A DNA stretch of 64,000 nt from Bacteroidota bacterium (GTDB lineage Bacteria > Bacteroidota > Bacteroidia > 2-12-FULL-35-15): positions 131,135 to 195,134 of the forward strand of contig CANJYB010000005.1 in NCBI GenBank assembly GCA_947479085.1, written 5' to 3'. A program made the position numbers and the translations under genes. Below the pieces are notes generated by a model, which did no database searches, was not told the DNA's origin, and worked only from the letters and a program-made list of their open reading frames with translations. This document shows, one piece after another, positions 1 to 12,226 of this stretch (positions are counted from its first letter, which is position 1; every line of letters begins with the position of its first letter).

Positions 1-3000
1 TCCCCTACATCTGGCATCACCGCATTAGGAGTAGGACCAAATGTATTTCAATGGACCATCAGCAATGCTCCATGTCCTGCCACCAATAGTCAGGTAACCA
101 TTACAGGAGTTGCAGTGCCAACAGTAGCTGCTGCCGGACCAAACCAAACCGTTTGTGGAACAAACGCCACTCTTGCCGGTAACACAGCTACAATAGGAAC
201 AGGTCTTTGGACCCTTGTAAGCGGAACCGGAACCATTACCACCCCTGCATCTCCAGGTTCCACAATTACAGGATTAGGAGCAGGAGCCAATGTATTTCAA
301 TGGACCATCAGCAATGCACCATGTCCTGCAACCAGCAGCCAGGTAACCATAACAGGAGTTACCCCTCCTACAGTTTCTGTTGCCGGACCTGCCCAGAGCT
401 CTTGTATTCCGGGTGCTACTTTAGCAGGAAATCTTGCAGCATCAGGTATAGGAACATGGACGCTGATTAGCGGAGCAGGAGTTATCACTAGCCCTAATTC
501 AGAAACATCCGGCATTACCGCTTTAGGAGTAGGGCCAAATGTATTTCAATGGACCATTACCAATGCACCTTGTCCTGCTTCTTCTTCGCAGGTAACAGTT
601 ACCGGTGTGGCACCTCCTACAGTTTCTGTTGCAGGTCCTGATCAGACTTTTTGTGGAAATTCTACTGTAATGGCTGGCAATACAGCATTGGTGGGTACCG
701 GTCTTTGGACTTTAGTAAGTGGAGCCGGAACCATTACCACTCCTGCATCACCTACAACAGGTTTAACTGCTTTAGGGGCAGGTGCCAATGTATTTCAATG
801 GACCATCAGCAATGCACCTTGTCCTGCGTCATCCACTCAGGTTACTATAAATGCCATCGCCAATCCTACACCATCCAATGCGGGACCAAATCAGACATTA
901 TGCGCTACCACAGCTACTATGGCTGCCAATGCACCAACTTCAGGTACCGGTACATGGGTGTTAATAAGTGGAGGTGGAACCATAGCCAATCCTAATTCTC
1001 CTACAACAAACATTACCAGTCTCGCTGTCGGTGCCAATGTATTTCAGTGGACCATAACCAATCCACCATGCCCTGTATCTTCCAGTTCGGTAACCATTAC
1101 CCGTTCTCCAACACCAACCGTTGCGGTGGCAGGACCGAATCAGAATGTTTGCGGTAATACAGCAACATTTGCCGGAAATACTGCCTTGTTAGGAACAGGC
1201 ACCTGGACACTGATAAGCGGTGCAGGCACTATCACTAATCCTGCATCTCCTACTTCGGGAATTACCGCTTTAGGTGCTGGACCCAATGTGTTTCAATGGA
1301 CCATCACCAGTCCTCCCTGTCCTCAAACTCAAAGCCAGGTAACTATTACACCGGTAAGTCCTCCAACCGCTGCTGTGGCAGGTCCAAATCAAACCATTTG
1401 CGGAACCACTGCAACCATGGCTGCAAATACTCCCGTAATAGGAACAGGAGTGTGGACTCTTGTAAGTGGTTCGGGAACAATAACAACACCTAATTCACCA
1501 ACTACTACAATTACTGCACTCGCATCTGGCCCTAATGTATTTCAATGGACCATTTCCAATGCACCTTGTCCGGTTTCTTCCAGTCAGGTAACCATTACGG
1601 GGGTTACCCCACCGGTAGTTGCTGTGGCAGGACCGGACCAAACCGTTTGCGGGGCAGTGGTGACCATGGCAGCCAATAATGCGGTACTTCCATCAACAGG
1701 TCTTTGGACAGTGGTGAGTGGCACCGGAATTTTTGTTAACGCAGCAGATGAAAACACGGATATATCAGGGTTAGCCCCGGGGGTAAATGTATTTCAATGG
1801 ACCATCAGTAACGCGCCATGTCCGGCTACTTCCAGCCAGGTAACCATAACATCCGTTCCTGTTTCAACAGTATCGAATGCCGGTCCTAATCAATCTGTTT
1901 GCGGAACTACCGCCACACTTGCCGCAAATACAGCTGTGGTTGGAGTGGGAGTATGGACATTAATCAGCGGAACTGCTATTATTACAAACCCCGCATCTCC
2001 TGCTTCAGGATTAACCGCCCTTGGAATCGGACCTAACGTGTTTCAATGGACTATAAGTAATCCACCTTGCCCTATTTCATTCAGTCAGGTTACTATTACC
2101 CGGGTTGTTCCTCCTACTGTTTCAGTAGCAGGACCTAATCAGAATATTTGCTCCACAACAGCAACATTAGCAGGAAATGTGGCCGCTATCGGAGTTGGAA
2201 CCTGGACCTTAATCAGTGGAGCAGGAACTATTACTAATCCTAATTCTCCAACATCAGGACTTACAGCACTGGGAGTGGGTGTCAATGTGTTTCAATGGTC
2301 AATTGACAATGCACCTTGCCCGGCTTCAACCAGTCAGGTGACGATTACCACCGTTGCCGGCCCAACTACAGCGATTGCCGGTCCGAACCAAACGGTATGC
2401 GCCACATCAGTTAATATGGCAGCTAATACGCCATTAGTGGGAACCGGTTTATGGACTTTAATAAGCGGAGCAGGAACGATAACAACTCCGGCCTCACCAT
2501 CAACAACCATTGCAGGGTTAGCCGCAGGGCCTAACGTTTTTCAATGGACCATATCAAGTCCTCCTTGTCCTCCTTCTATCAGCCAGGTAACTATTACCGG
2601 TATAGCACAACCATCTGTGGCAAATGCGGGTCCTCCACAAAATATATGTGGTTTAACAGCTACATTGGCAGGTAATATACCAACTGCAGGAACAGGAGTC
2701 TGGACATTGATAAGCGGAGCCGGAACCTTTGCCAACCCGAATTCAAATAGCACCACGGTTACCGGTTTACTTACCGGACCTAATGTATTTCAATGGACTA
2801 TTACTAATCCACCTTGTCCTCCTTCCACATCACAGGTAACAATAACAAGAGTTGCTGCTACTTCTCCTGCAGTTGCAGGTCCGCCTCAAACCGTTTGTGG
2901 AACAAACGCTACAATGGCTGCTACACCTCCGGTTGTTGGTGTTGGTACTTGGACGCTTATCAGCGGAGCAGGTGTTATAACCAATCCTCTTTTGTTTAAC

Positions 3001-6000
3001 ACAACGGTTACCGGTTTAGGTCTTGGAGCAAATGTATTTCAGTGGACGGTTTCAAATCCTCCGTGTAACCCAACTTCAGGTCAGGTAACTATTACCAGTG
3101 TAAGTGCTCCTACCACAGCTAATGCCGGACAGGATCAGACGGTTTGTGCACCGCTTGCTACATTGGCAGGAAACGTTGCAGCAGTTGGTGTCGGAACATG
3201 GACAGTAGTGAGTGGAACAGGAACAATAAGTGCCATTCATAATCAGGCATCAAATGTTACCAACCTTGGAATAGGAACCAATATTTTCGTGTGGACTATT
3301 GCTTTGGCAGGTTGTCCTCCATCTATCGATTCGGTTACCATAACAGGTGTTGCAGGACCAACTATAGCAGCAGCCGGACCTGTTCAGTTTGTATGCGGAA
3401 CTACTACCATCATGGCTGGAAATGTTCCAGTAGTGGGTACAGGTTTATGGACGCTTATCAGCGGGGCAGGAATAATTACCACTCCAACGGATCCTTTTAC
3501 CGGAATTACAGGACTTGGTACAGGAGCAAATGTATTTCAGTGGACCATAAGCAATCCTCCTTGTCCTCCTTCTTTTAGTCAGGTAACCATCAATGGAATT
3601 ACCATTCCGGATGTTGCTTTAGCGGGTCCGGACCAAATAATATGCGGTCCGAATGGTACTTTTGCAGGAAATGCTCCGGCAGTAGGTACAGGGCTTTGGA
3701 CATTAATAAGCGGAGCAGGAACCATCACCACTCCATCTTCGGCTACTTCCGGGGTTACAGCTTTGGGTGTGGGAGCAAATGTGTTTCAATGGACCATTAG
3801 CAACGCACCTTGTCCTCCTTCATTCGATCAGGTAACCTTAACAAGTGTAGGAGTTCCTACTGTAGCAGCAGCAGGGCCGCCCCAAACCGTTTGCGGAACC
3901 ACAGTCACAATGAATGCAACCCCTGTATTGGTAGGAGTTGGAACCTGGACTGTAATAAGCGGAACTGGTATTATTGCAAATGTAAATTCTCCGACAACCA
4001 GTATAACTGGACTTAGTTCAGGTGCAAATGTATTTCAATGGCAAGTAGACAATTTGCCTTGTCCTCCGACAATGAGCCAGGTAACCATTACAAGTGTTGC
4101 AAATCCCGATGCAGCGGATGCAGGGCCCGACCAAACGGTATGTGGACTTACAGCTACCCTTGCAGGAAATATTCCTTTAGTCGGAACCGGAACATGGACA
4201 TTAATCAGCGGATCAGGGACCATCACTAATCCATCTCAAGAAAATTCAGGAGTGACTGCTCTTGGTTTTGGGGCTAATATATTTCAATGGGAAATAGATA
4301 ATGCTCCCTGTCCTGCTTCAACCGACCAGGTAACCATTACCAGTGTGGGTGTTCCTCCAGTGGCAGCAGCTGGTCCAAATCAAACCATTTGCGGAACAAA
4401 TGCCACAATGGCTGCTAATGCTGCCGGAGTGGGTACCGGTACCTGGACATTAATCAGCGGAGCAGGGGTAATTACTTCACCTAATTCCCCGACAACAACA
4501 ATTACGGCACTTGGTGTAGGACCTAATGTATTTCAATGGCAGGTGGATGATTTACCTTGTCCGCCAACTACCAGCCAGGTAACAATAACCGGGGCAATAC
4601 CACCAACAGTAGCTGTTGCAGGACCAAACCAAACCATTTGTAATAATTCAACCACATTAGCAGGAAATGCTCCTACGGTAGGAACAGGTACCTGGACCTT
4701 AATCAGCGGAGCAGGAACAATAACAAATCCTAATTTGGAAAATACCACTGTAACAGGCTTAGGTGTTGGTGCCAATGTGTTTGAATGGTCAATTGCAGTT
4801 GCAAATTGTCCTCCATCCACCAGCCAGGTAACCATTACAGCAGGCGCTGTTCCTACAGTTGCAAATGCCGGAGCTGCACAAACCGTTTGCGGAACAAATG
4901 CAACATTGACCGGAAATACTGCATTAATAGGAGTTGGAACCTGGACCTTAATCAGCGGAGCAGGAACTATAACCAACCCGAATTCTGAAACGTCTACTAT
5001 TACCGGACTTGGAGCCGGGCCTAATGTTTTTGAATGGACCATTGCACTTTTACCTTGTCCTCCAACTTCCAGCCAGGTAACCATTACCGGGGTAACACCT
5101 CCTACAGTTTCCCTTGCGGGAACTGACCAGACGGTTTGTGGAACGGCTGCAACACTTGCCGGAAACACTGCGCTTGTTGGAACCGGTACATGGACATTAG
5201 TAAGTGGAACAGGCGTTATAGCCAATCCTAATTCGCCTAATTCTGCTGTTACAGGGCTTACCTTTGGAGCGAATGTGTTTCAATGGACAATAGATAATCC
5301 AATATGCCCTGCTTCCACCGACCAGGTAACTATCACAGCGGTTGATCAACCAACGGTTGCAGTTGCAGGACCAAATCAAACGGTATGCGGAACCAATGCA
5401 ACCATGGCTGCCAATCTACCTGCAATAGGAACAGGAGTCTGGACCTTAATCAGCGGAGCAGGAACTATTACTACTACAACACTTGAAAACTCAACAATCA
5501 CAGCACTTGGAGTAGGGCCAAATGTATTTCAATGGACCATTAGCAATGCGCCTTGTCCGGCATCCATCAGCCAGGTAACTATTACTGGTGTCGGCATTCC
5601 GACAATTGCAGCAGCAGGCCCTAACCAAACAGTTTGTGGAACAAACGCTACCCTTGCGGGAAATACTGCATTGGTTGGAATAGGTACCTGGACATTGGTG
5701 AGTGGAGCAGGAACTATAACCAACCCGAATTCTGAAGTATCCACAATTACAGCTCTTGGAGCAGGGGCAAACGTGTTCCAATGGACAATTGATAATCCTA
5801 TTTGCCCAAATACCTCCAGCCAGGTTACCATTACCGTTGTTACACCACCAACAGTGTCAGTTGCGGGTCCTGTACAAACTGTGTGTGGAACCAATGCAAC
5901 CTTTGCTGCCAATCTGCCTGTGGTGGGAACAGGAGTTTGGACGGTAATCAGCGGAAGCGGAACCATTACAAATACTTCTTCAGAAATATCCACCATTACC

Positions 6001-7602
6001 TCTTTAGGTGCTGGGGCCAATATTTTTGAATGGACCATAAGTAATTCCCCATGCCCGGCATCTACCAGTCAGGTTACTATAAATGGCGTTACTCCACCTA
6101 CAGTTGCTGTTGCAGGTGCTAACCAATCATTGTGTGTTGATAATACCACTCTGGCAGGAAATCCTGTAGTATCAGGTACCGGTTTATGGAGTGTAATCAG
6201 TGGATCTGGAACTATTACCAATCCTTCTTCACCAACTTCAACAGTTACAGGATTAGGATTAGGAGCTAATGTTTTCCAATGGTCCATAAGCAATGCACCA
6301 TGCCCTGTATCTACCAGCCAGGTTACCATTACAGTAAATCCTATTCCGGTAGTGGGAGTAAATTCTCCCACCATTTGTGCAGGACAGGTAGCCAATTTAT
6401 TGGCAAACGGAGCAACAACTTATACCTGGACTGCCGGAGCAACTGCGGGAATTGGCGGTGCAGCAACGGCTTCACCAATAGTTAATACCAGCTATACAGT
6501 AACCGGTACATCACTAGGATGTTCAAGTACTGCTGTATCCACTGTTTCTGTTAATCAACTCCCAACAGCAACTATTTCAGGTGGAGGTAGTGTTTGTTTT
6601 GGAAATAACACTCCTTCAATAGTTATTACTTTTACTGGAATTGGCCCATGGAGCTTGACATACACTGATGGAACAATACCAACAACGGTTGCAGTTGGTG
6701 CTTCACCTTACACCATTGTTAATCCTACGGCAGGAATTTATGCTGTAACCAATGTATCGGATGTTAATTGTACAGGAACATTTGCCGGAGTAGCTCCTGT
6801 TATTATTAATCCATTACCTGTTCCTTCTTTCACTGGACCTCTTTCGGGATGCGCGCCTTATTGTGCAACATTTACTAATACAAGCACTATCCCTTCAGGA
6901 AGCATTACAGGTTATTATTGGAATTTTGGAAATGGCATTGGTTCGAATTCTAATCAACAGGATCCCACTTTCTGTTATAATAATTCAGGTACTTTCTCGG
7001 TTACATTAACCGATACTTCCAACTTTGGATGTGTTGCTTCTTTTACCAATACTAATATGATAACCATTTACCCGGTTCCTACTGCTGAATTTACAGCGCC
7101 TTCGGTTCACAGTATCATCAATCCGATAATGCAGTTTACTGACCATTCTATTGGTGCTACCACCTGGCATTGGGATTTCGGTGACTCGTATTCTTTAAGT
7201 ACAAATACCAGCACACTCCAAAATCCTTCCCATCAATATTCACAATTGGGAACATACTGTGTATTATTGACAGTAACCAACGGTCATTGTACTGATACAA
7301 CGGAAATATGTGTGGTAATAGAGCCGGAATGTACTTTCTATATACCAAATGCATTTACTCCTAACGGAGATGGCAGCAATGATGAATTCTTTGGTAAGGG
7401 CGAAGGTATTTTAGAATATAATATGACCATTTATGATAGATGGGGAATGAAAATATTCTATTGCGATGACATTAATGACCATTGGCATGGAGATTTTGCA
7501 GGAAATGAATGCCAGCAGGATGTATATGTATATGTAGTGAACCTTGTGGATATACATCACGAAGAACATAAATACATGGGCAGTGTTACTTTGGTAAGGT
7601 AG
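1..7602 (+). CDS. Giant T9SS type-B (gliding-motility CTD) surface protein, 5' partial; about 25 tandem 83-aa Ig/PKD-like repeats, PKD domains and a CHU_C-type C-terminus
   Basis: The frame is open from base 1 (SPTSGITALGVGPNVFQWT). The NVFQWTI motif recurs every 249 bp from 52 to about 6280. PKD motifs (YYWNFGNG, WHWDFGD) are present, and the C-terminus YIPNAFTPNGDGSNDEF...IYDRWG...GSVTLVR is typical of type-B CTDs. Confidence 0.93.
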   Translation, partial: SPTSGITALGVGPNVFQWTISNAPCPATNSQVTITGVAVPTVAAAGPNQTVCGTNATLAGNTATIGTGLWTLVSGTGTITTPASPGSTITGLGAGANVFQWTISNAPCPATSSQVTITGVTPPTVSVAGPAQSSCIPGATLAGNLAASGIGTWTLISGAGVITSPNSETSGITALGVGPNVFQWTITNAPCPASSSQVTVTGVAPPTVSVAGPDQTFCGNSTVMAGNTALVGTGLWTLVSGAGTITTPASPTTGLTALGAGANVFQWTISNAPCPASSTQVTINAIANPTPSNAGPNQTLCATTATMAANAPTSGTGTWVLISGGGTIANPNSPTTNITSLAVGANVFQWTITNPPCPVSSSSVTITRSPTPTVAVAGPNQNVCGNTATFAGNTALLGTGTWTLISGAGTITNPASPTSGITALGAGPNVFQWTITSPPCPQTQSQVTITPVSPPTAAVAGPNQTICGTTATMAANTPVIGTGVWTLVSGSGTITTPNSPTTTITALASGPNVFQWTISNAPCPVSSSQVTITGVTPPVVAVAGPDQTVCGAVVTMAANNAVLPSTGLWTVVSGTGIFVNAADENTDISGLAPGVNVFQWTISNAPCPATSSQVTITSVPVSTVSNAGPNQSVCGTTATLAANTAVVGVGVWTLISGTAIITNPASPASGLTALGIGPNVFQWTISNPPCPISFSQVTITRVVPPTVSVAGPNQNICSTTATLAGNVAAIGVGTWTLISGAGTITNPNSPTSGLTALGVGVNVFQWSIDNAPCPASTSQVTITTVAGPTTAIAGPNQTVCATSVNMAANTPLVGTGLWTLISGAGTITTPASPSTTIAGLAAGPNVFQWTISSPPCPPSISQVTITGIAQPSVANAGPPQNICGLTATLAGNIPTAGTGVWTLISGAGTFANPNSNSTTVTGLLTGPNVFQWTITNPPCPPSTSQVTITRVAATSPAVAGPPQTVCGTNATMAATPPVVGVGTWTLISGAGVITNPLLFNTTVTGLGLGANVFQWTVSNPPCNPTSGQVTITSVSAPTTANAGQDQTVCAPLATLAGNVAAVGVGTWTVVSGTGTISAIHNQASNVTNLGIGTNIFVWTIALAGCPPSIDSVTITGVAGPTIAAAGPVQFVCGTTTIMAGNVPVVGTGLWTLISGAGIITTPTDPFTGITGLGTGANVFQWTISNPPCPPSFSQVTINGITIPDVALAGPDQIICGPNGTFAGNAPAVGTGLWTLISGAGTITTPSSATSGVTALGVGANVFQWTISNAPCPPSFDQVTLTSVGVPTVAAAGPPQTVCGTTVTMNATPVLVGVGTWTVISGTGIIANVNSPTTSITGLSSGANVFQWQVDNLPCPPTMSQVTITSVANPDAADAGPDQTVCGLTATLAGNIPLVGTGTWTLISGSGTITNPSQENSGVTALGFGANIFQWEIDNAPCPASTDQVTITSVGVPPVAAAGPNQTICGTNATMAANAAGVGTGTWTLISGAGVITSPNSPTTTITALGVGPNVFQWQVDDLPCPPTTSQVTITGAIPPTVAVAGPNQTICNNSTTLAGNAPTVGTGTWTLISGAGTITNPNLENTTVTGLGVGANVFEWSIAVANCPPSTSQVTITAGAVPTVANAGAAQTVCGTNATLTGNTALIGVGTWTLISGAGTITNPNSETSTITGLGAGPNVFEWTIALLPCPPTSSQVTITGVTPPTVSLAGTDQTVCGTAATLAGNTALVGTGTWTLVSGTGVIANPNSPNSAVTGLTFGANVFQWTIDNPICPASTDQVTITAVDQPTVAVAGPNQTVCGTNATMAANLPAIGTGVWTLISGAGTITTTTLENSTITALGVGPNVFQWTISNAPCPASISQVTITGVGIPTIAAAGPNQTVCGTNATLAGNTALVGIGTWTLVSGAGTITNPNSEVSTITALGAGANVFQWTIDNPICPNTSSQVTITVVTPPTVSVAGPVQTVCGTNATFAANLPVVGTGVWTVISGSGTITNTSSEISTITSLGAGANIFEWTISNSPCPASTSQVTINGVTPPTVAVAGANQSLCVDNTTLAGNPVVSGTGLWSVISGSGTITNPSSPTSTVTGLGLGANVFQWSISNAPCPVSTSQVTITVNPIPVVGVNSPTICAGQVANLLANGATTYTWTAGATAGIGGAATASPIVNTSYTVTGTSLGCSSTAVSTVSVNQLPTATISGGGSVCFGNNTPSIVITFTGIGPWSLTYTDGTIPTTVAVGASPYTIVNPTAGIYAVTNVSDVNCTGTFAGVAPVIINPLPVPSFTGPLSGCAPYCATFTNTSTIPSGSITGYYWNFGNGIGSNSNQQDPTFCYNNSGTFSVTLTDTSNFGCVASFTNTNMITIYPVPTAEFTAPSVHSIINPIMQFTDHSIGATTWHWDFGDSYSLSTNTSTLQNPSHQYSQLGTYCVLLTVTNGHCTDTTEICVVIEPECTFYIPNAFTPNGDGSNDEFFGKGEGILEYNMTIYDRWGMKIFYCDDINDHWHGDFAGNECQQDVYVYVVNLVDIHHEEHKYMGSVTLVR

Positions 7603-7656
7603 TTTCTTTATTAAAAACTATCTGCCTGCTCTAGAACATAAGACTATTATATAGAA

Positions 7657-7698
7657 TAAAAAGAAAACCATCCGCTAATTTCGGATGGTTTTCTTTTT
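7657..7698 (+). terminator. Intrinsic terminator after the giant surface protein
   Basis: AAAGAAAACCATCCG-ctaattt-CGGATGGTTTTCTTTTT. Confidence 0.85.
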
Positions 7699-7733
7699 GG
7701 AAATAATTACTAACCGGCTAAAAAAAGGAAATT

Positions 7734-7790
7734 GGGCTAAAGCCCTTAAAAGCCTAAAACCCCGGAATACACCGCTGAACGTTCAGGTGG
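7734..7790. repeat. REP-like short hairpins (GGGCTAAAGCCC; CACCGCTGAACGTTCAGGTG)
   Basis: Two GC-rich palindromes in AT-rich intergenic DNA. GGGCTAAAGCCC resembles IS200/REP-type hairpins. Confidence 0.45.
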
Positions 7791-7899
7791 GTATGTAATA
7801 AAATGACAGAGGTTGGCAAAACAGAAGCTTAAAGCTAATCAGGTTTAACAAAAAAAGAAATAATTATACAATAAAAATAACTGCTCACACAGAACCAAG

Positions 7900-8095
7900 C
7901 CGGAAACCCAGGAGCCATCTGTCCGGTCGGGCAAAGGCTCCCCAAAAAGTTGGGGTTCACCTGTCCGGTCGGACAGATCACCCGCGGAAATCTGTGGAGG
8001 CTCTGTCCGGTCAGACAGACCACCCACGGAAATCTGTGGAGCATCTGTCCGGTCAGACAGACCACCCCCGGAAATCCGGGGGCGGTCTGTCTGAG
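7900..8095. repeat. 42-bp tandem array of two alternating hairpins (about 5 units)
   Basis: CTGTC(C/T) starts at 7919, 7961, 8003, 8045 and 8087. Each unit is the CTGTCCG-GT-CGGACAG palindrome plus a CCAC/CCCC-GGAAAT-C hairpin. Confidence 0.9.
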
Positions 8096-8182
8096 TAATC
8101 AAATTACATATTATCAATAAGTTAACACATTTTAACCATACGAAGAAATAAATAAAACAAAATACGAAGGAATGAACAAAAC

Positions 8183-8216
8183 AAAAAGCGCTCTGTAATT
8201 AAACAGAGCGCTTTTT
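8183..8216 (-). terminator. gyrB terminator (bidirectional type)
   Basis: AAAAAGCGCTCTG-taattaaa-CAGAGCGCTTTTT. Confidence 0.85.
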
Positions 8217-8236
8217 ATTTATTCGATATCTAAAAC

Positions 8237-10303
<2,067 letters not shown>

Positions 10304-10407
10304 TTATTAACATTTTTTGAATGAAATTACATTGGTTAATAGGGGGCCATTTTTAATCAAAAAAGAGATAAAATACAGCTAAAAAGAGAGAATAAGAAAA
10401 GGGATTA

Positions 10408-10442
10408 AAAAAAACGTCCGGGGTTTAACCACGGACGTTTTA
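10408..10442 (-). terminator. Terminator downstream of hppD
   Basis: AAAACGTCCG-gggtttaacca-CGGACGTTTT with an A-tract on the + strand. Confidence 0.75.
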
Positions 10443-10465
10443 AGTTTTATGAATAAAAGAAATGA

Positions 10466-11626
10466 TTAAAGAGTCCCTCTCTTTTCCTGTTCTCTTTCTA
10501 TTGATTCAAATAATGCTTTAAAATTACCTGCTCCAAAGCCCTTAGCTCCCATTCTTTGGATAATTTCAAAGAAAACGGTTGGGCGGTCTTCCAATGGTTT
10601 GGTGAATATCTGTAATAAGTATCCGTCTTCATCAGCATCCACCAGGATAGCTAATTTTTCAATAACGGTCATATCCTCGTGCATCATTTCCATGTGTTTG
10701 CCAAGGCGTTTTGGAATTTCTTCATAATAAGCAGGAGGTGGTGCGGATAAGAACTCAACCCCTCTAGCCCTAAGCTCCATTACTGTTTTTATTATGTCAT
10801 CAGTGGCTATTGCCATGTGCTGTACACCAGGACTTTCATAAAAATCGATGTATTCTTCAATTTGTGATTTCTTTTTTCCTTTAGCGGGTTCGTTAATCGG
10901 AAATTTAATTCTTCCATTCCCGTTACTCATTACTTTACTCATTAATGCGGAATATTCAGTAGTGATTTGTTTATCATCAAATGAAAGGAAATTGACAAAG
11001 CCCATTACTTCTTCGTACCATTTTACCCATTGGTTCATTTCGCCCCATCCAACATTACCCACCATGTGGTCGATGAATTTTAAACCTGTTGGAGAAGGAT
11101 TATAATCCGATTTCCATTCTCTGTAACCAGGAAGAAAAAGTCCTTTATAATTTTTTCGTTCTACAAACATGTGAACAGTTTCTCCATAGGTATAAATCCC
11201 CGAACGAATCACCTCGCCATGTTCATCTTTTTCTGTAGTAGGTTCCATAAAAGGTTTTGCACCTCTTTTAACAGTTTCTTCAAATGATTTGGTGGCATCT
11301 TCTACCCATAGCGCAATAACTTTTACACCGTCTCCATGTTTTGCCAGGTGAGCATTTATAGGAGATTGGGAGTTTAAGGGAGTAGTTAATACTATTCGTA
11401 TCTTATCCTGCGCAAGAACATAAGAAGCATACTCCCTGGAACCTGTTTCTAGGCCTTTATAAGCATAGGATTGAAAACCAAAAGCGGTTTTATAAAAGTG
11501 GGCTGCCTGTTTTGCATTTCCTACATAAAATTCCACATAATCGGTTCCTAATAAAGGAAGAAAGTCCTGTGCTCCTTCAAATATTTTTTCTAAACCGTAT
11601 TCTACATTTTTAACTTCTTTGCTCAT
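10466..11626 (-). CDS. hppD: 4-hydroxyphenylpyruvate dioxygenase
   Basis: DHMVGNV, GVQHMAI, GYLLQIFT and FFEIIQR..GFGAGNFKALFESIE motifs. Confidence 0.97.
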   Translation of the reverse strand: MSKEVKNVEYGLEKIFEGAQDFLPLLGTDYVEFYVGNAKQAAHFYKTAFGFQSYAYKGLETGSREYASYVLAQDKIRIVLTTPLNSQSPINAHLAKHGDGVKVIALWVEDATKSFEETVKRGAKPFMEPTTEKDEHGEVIRSGIYTYGETVHMFVERKNYKGLFLPGYREWKSDYNPSPTGLKFIDHMVGNVGWGEMNQWVKWYEEVMGFVNFLSFDDKQITTEYSALMSKVMSNGNGRIKFPINEPAKGKKKSQIEEYIDFYESPGVQHMAIATDDIIKTVMELRARGVEFLSAPPPAYYEEIPKRLGKHMEMMHEDMTVIEKLAILVDADEDGYLLQIFTKPLEDRPTVFFEIIQRMGAKGFGAGNFKALFESIEREQEKRGTL

Positions 11627-11943
11627 GTTTTTTGTTTTTTATTTGCTTTTTTATATTGAGTTCTTGGTTCTCCAACAAATTTATATTTATAATCTTCATA
11701 ATTTCCTAACACTTGTTCAATATGATATACTTCATCACAATCATCAAAAGTAAATCCTTCTCCTCCCAGAATTGTCCACTTTTTACGCTGATTTGTATTC
11801 AGTTTTTTTATGTCAGAAAAAAAATCAATTGGAGTAACTATTATTCTTCCATCATTCAAATAAATGTCAATTTTGCCTCTTTTTGAAAAAGATATTTTCG
11901 TGATTCTTGGTTCATAACCTATCGCGCCTTCTATTTTTCTCAT
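11623..11943 (-). CDS. DUF2442-like protein (putative antitoxin)
   Basis: 106 aa; IYLNDGRIIVTPIDFFSDIKKL..QRKKWTILGG pattern; lies downstream of a DUF4160-like gene and overlaps the hppD start. Confidence 0.7.
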   Translation of the reverse strand: MRKIEGAIGYEPRITKISFSKRGKIDIYLNDGRIIVTPIDFFSDIKKLNTNQRKKWTILGGEGFTFDDCDEVYHIEQVLGNYEDYKYKFVGEPRTQYKKANKKQKT

Positions 11944-12224
11944 TTCGATACTTTTATTGTTTTAAATTCTTTTCCTGAATAAAATAATTCTAATTGTTAC
12001 TTTAACTCCTTTTCGAAACGCAAAATTAATTTTTCAACTTCATTAATTTCGGTTGTTGTAAAATCGCCCTTTTTTGCCAATTCTATTTTGGGCTCTAACC
12101 AAAACTTTGCAGGAACGAATTCCCTTACGGACTTTTTAGCGACATGAATATGAACTCTCTTTTCAAATTTATCAATCGAAAAAATGATGAAAACAAAATT
12201 CTTAAAGATTAATATCTTGGGCAT
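11940..12224 (-). pseudogene. DUF4160-like putative toxin with a premature TAA at 11999-11997
   Basis: HIHV...AKFWLEP motif. The frame continues for 18 codons past the TAA to a TGA that overlaps the next ATG (ATGA). Confidence 0.65.
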
Positions 12225-12226
12225 TC

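Noticed and set aside
90..6485. Many short antisense and alternate-frame ORFs within the giant gene
   Set aside because: They are shadows of the repetitive coding sequence.
7900..8095. The 42-bp and 21-bp arrays (also at 45.4 and 60.3 kb) as CRISPR arrays
   Set aside because: The intervening segments resemble each other rather than being unique spacers, the period is too short, and there are no cas genes in the window.
7835..8117. ORFs of 76 and 90 aa over the 42-bp array (and 45421-45705)
   Set aside because: They are open only because the period is a multiple of three; there is no start context or protein-like content.
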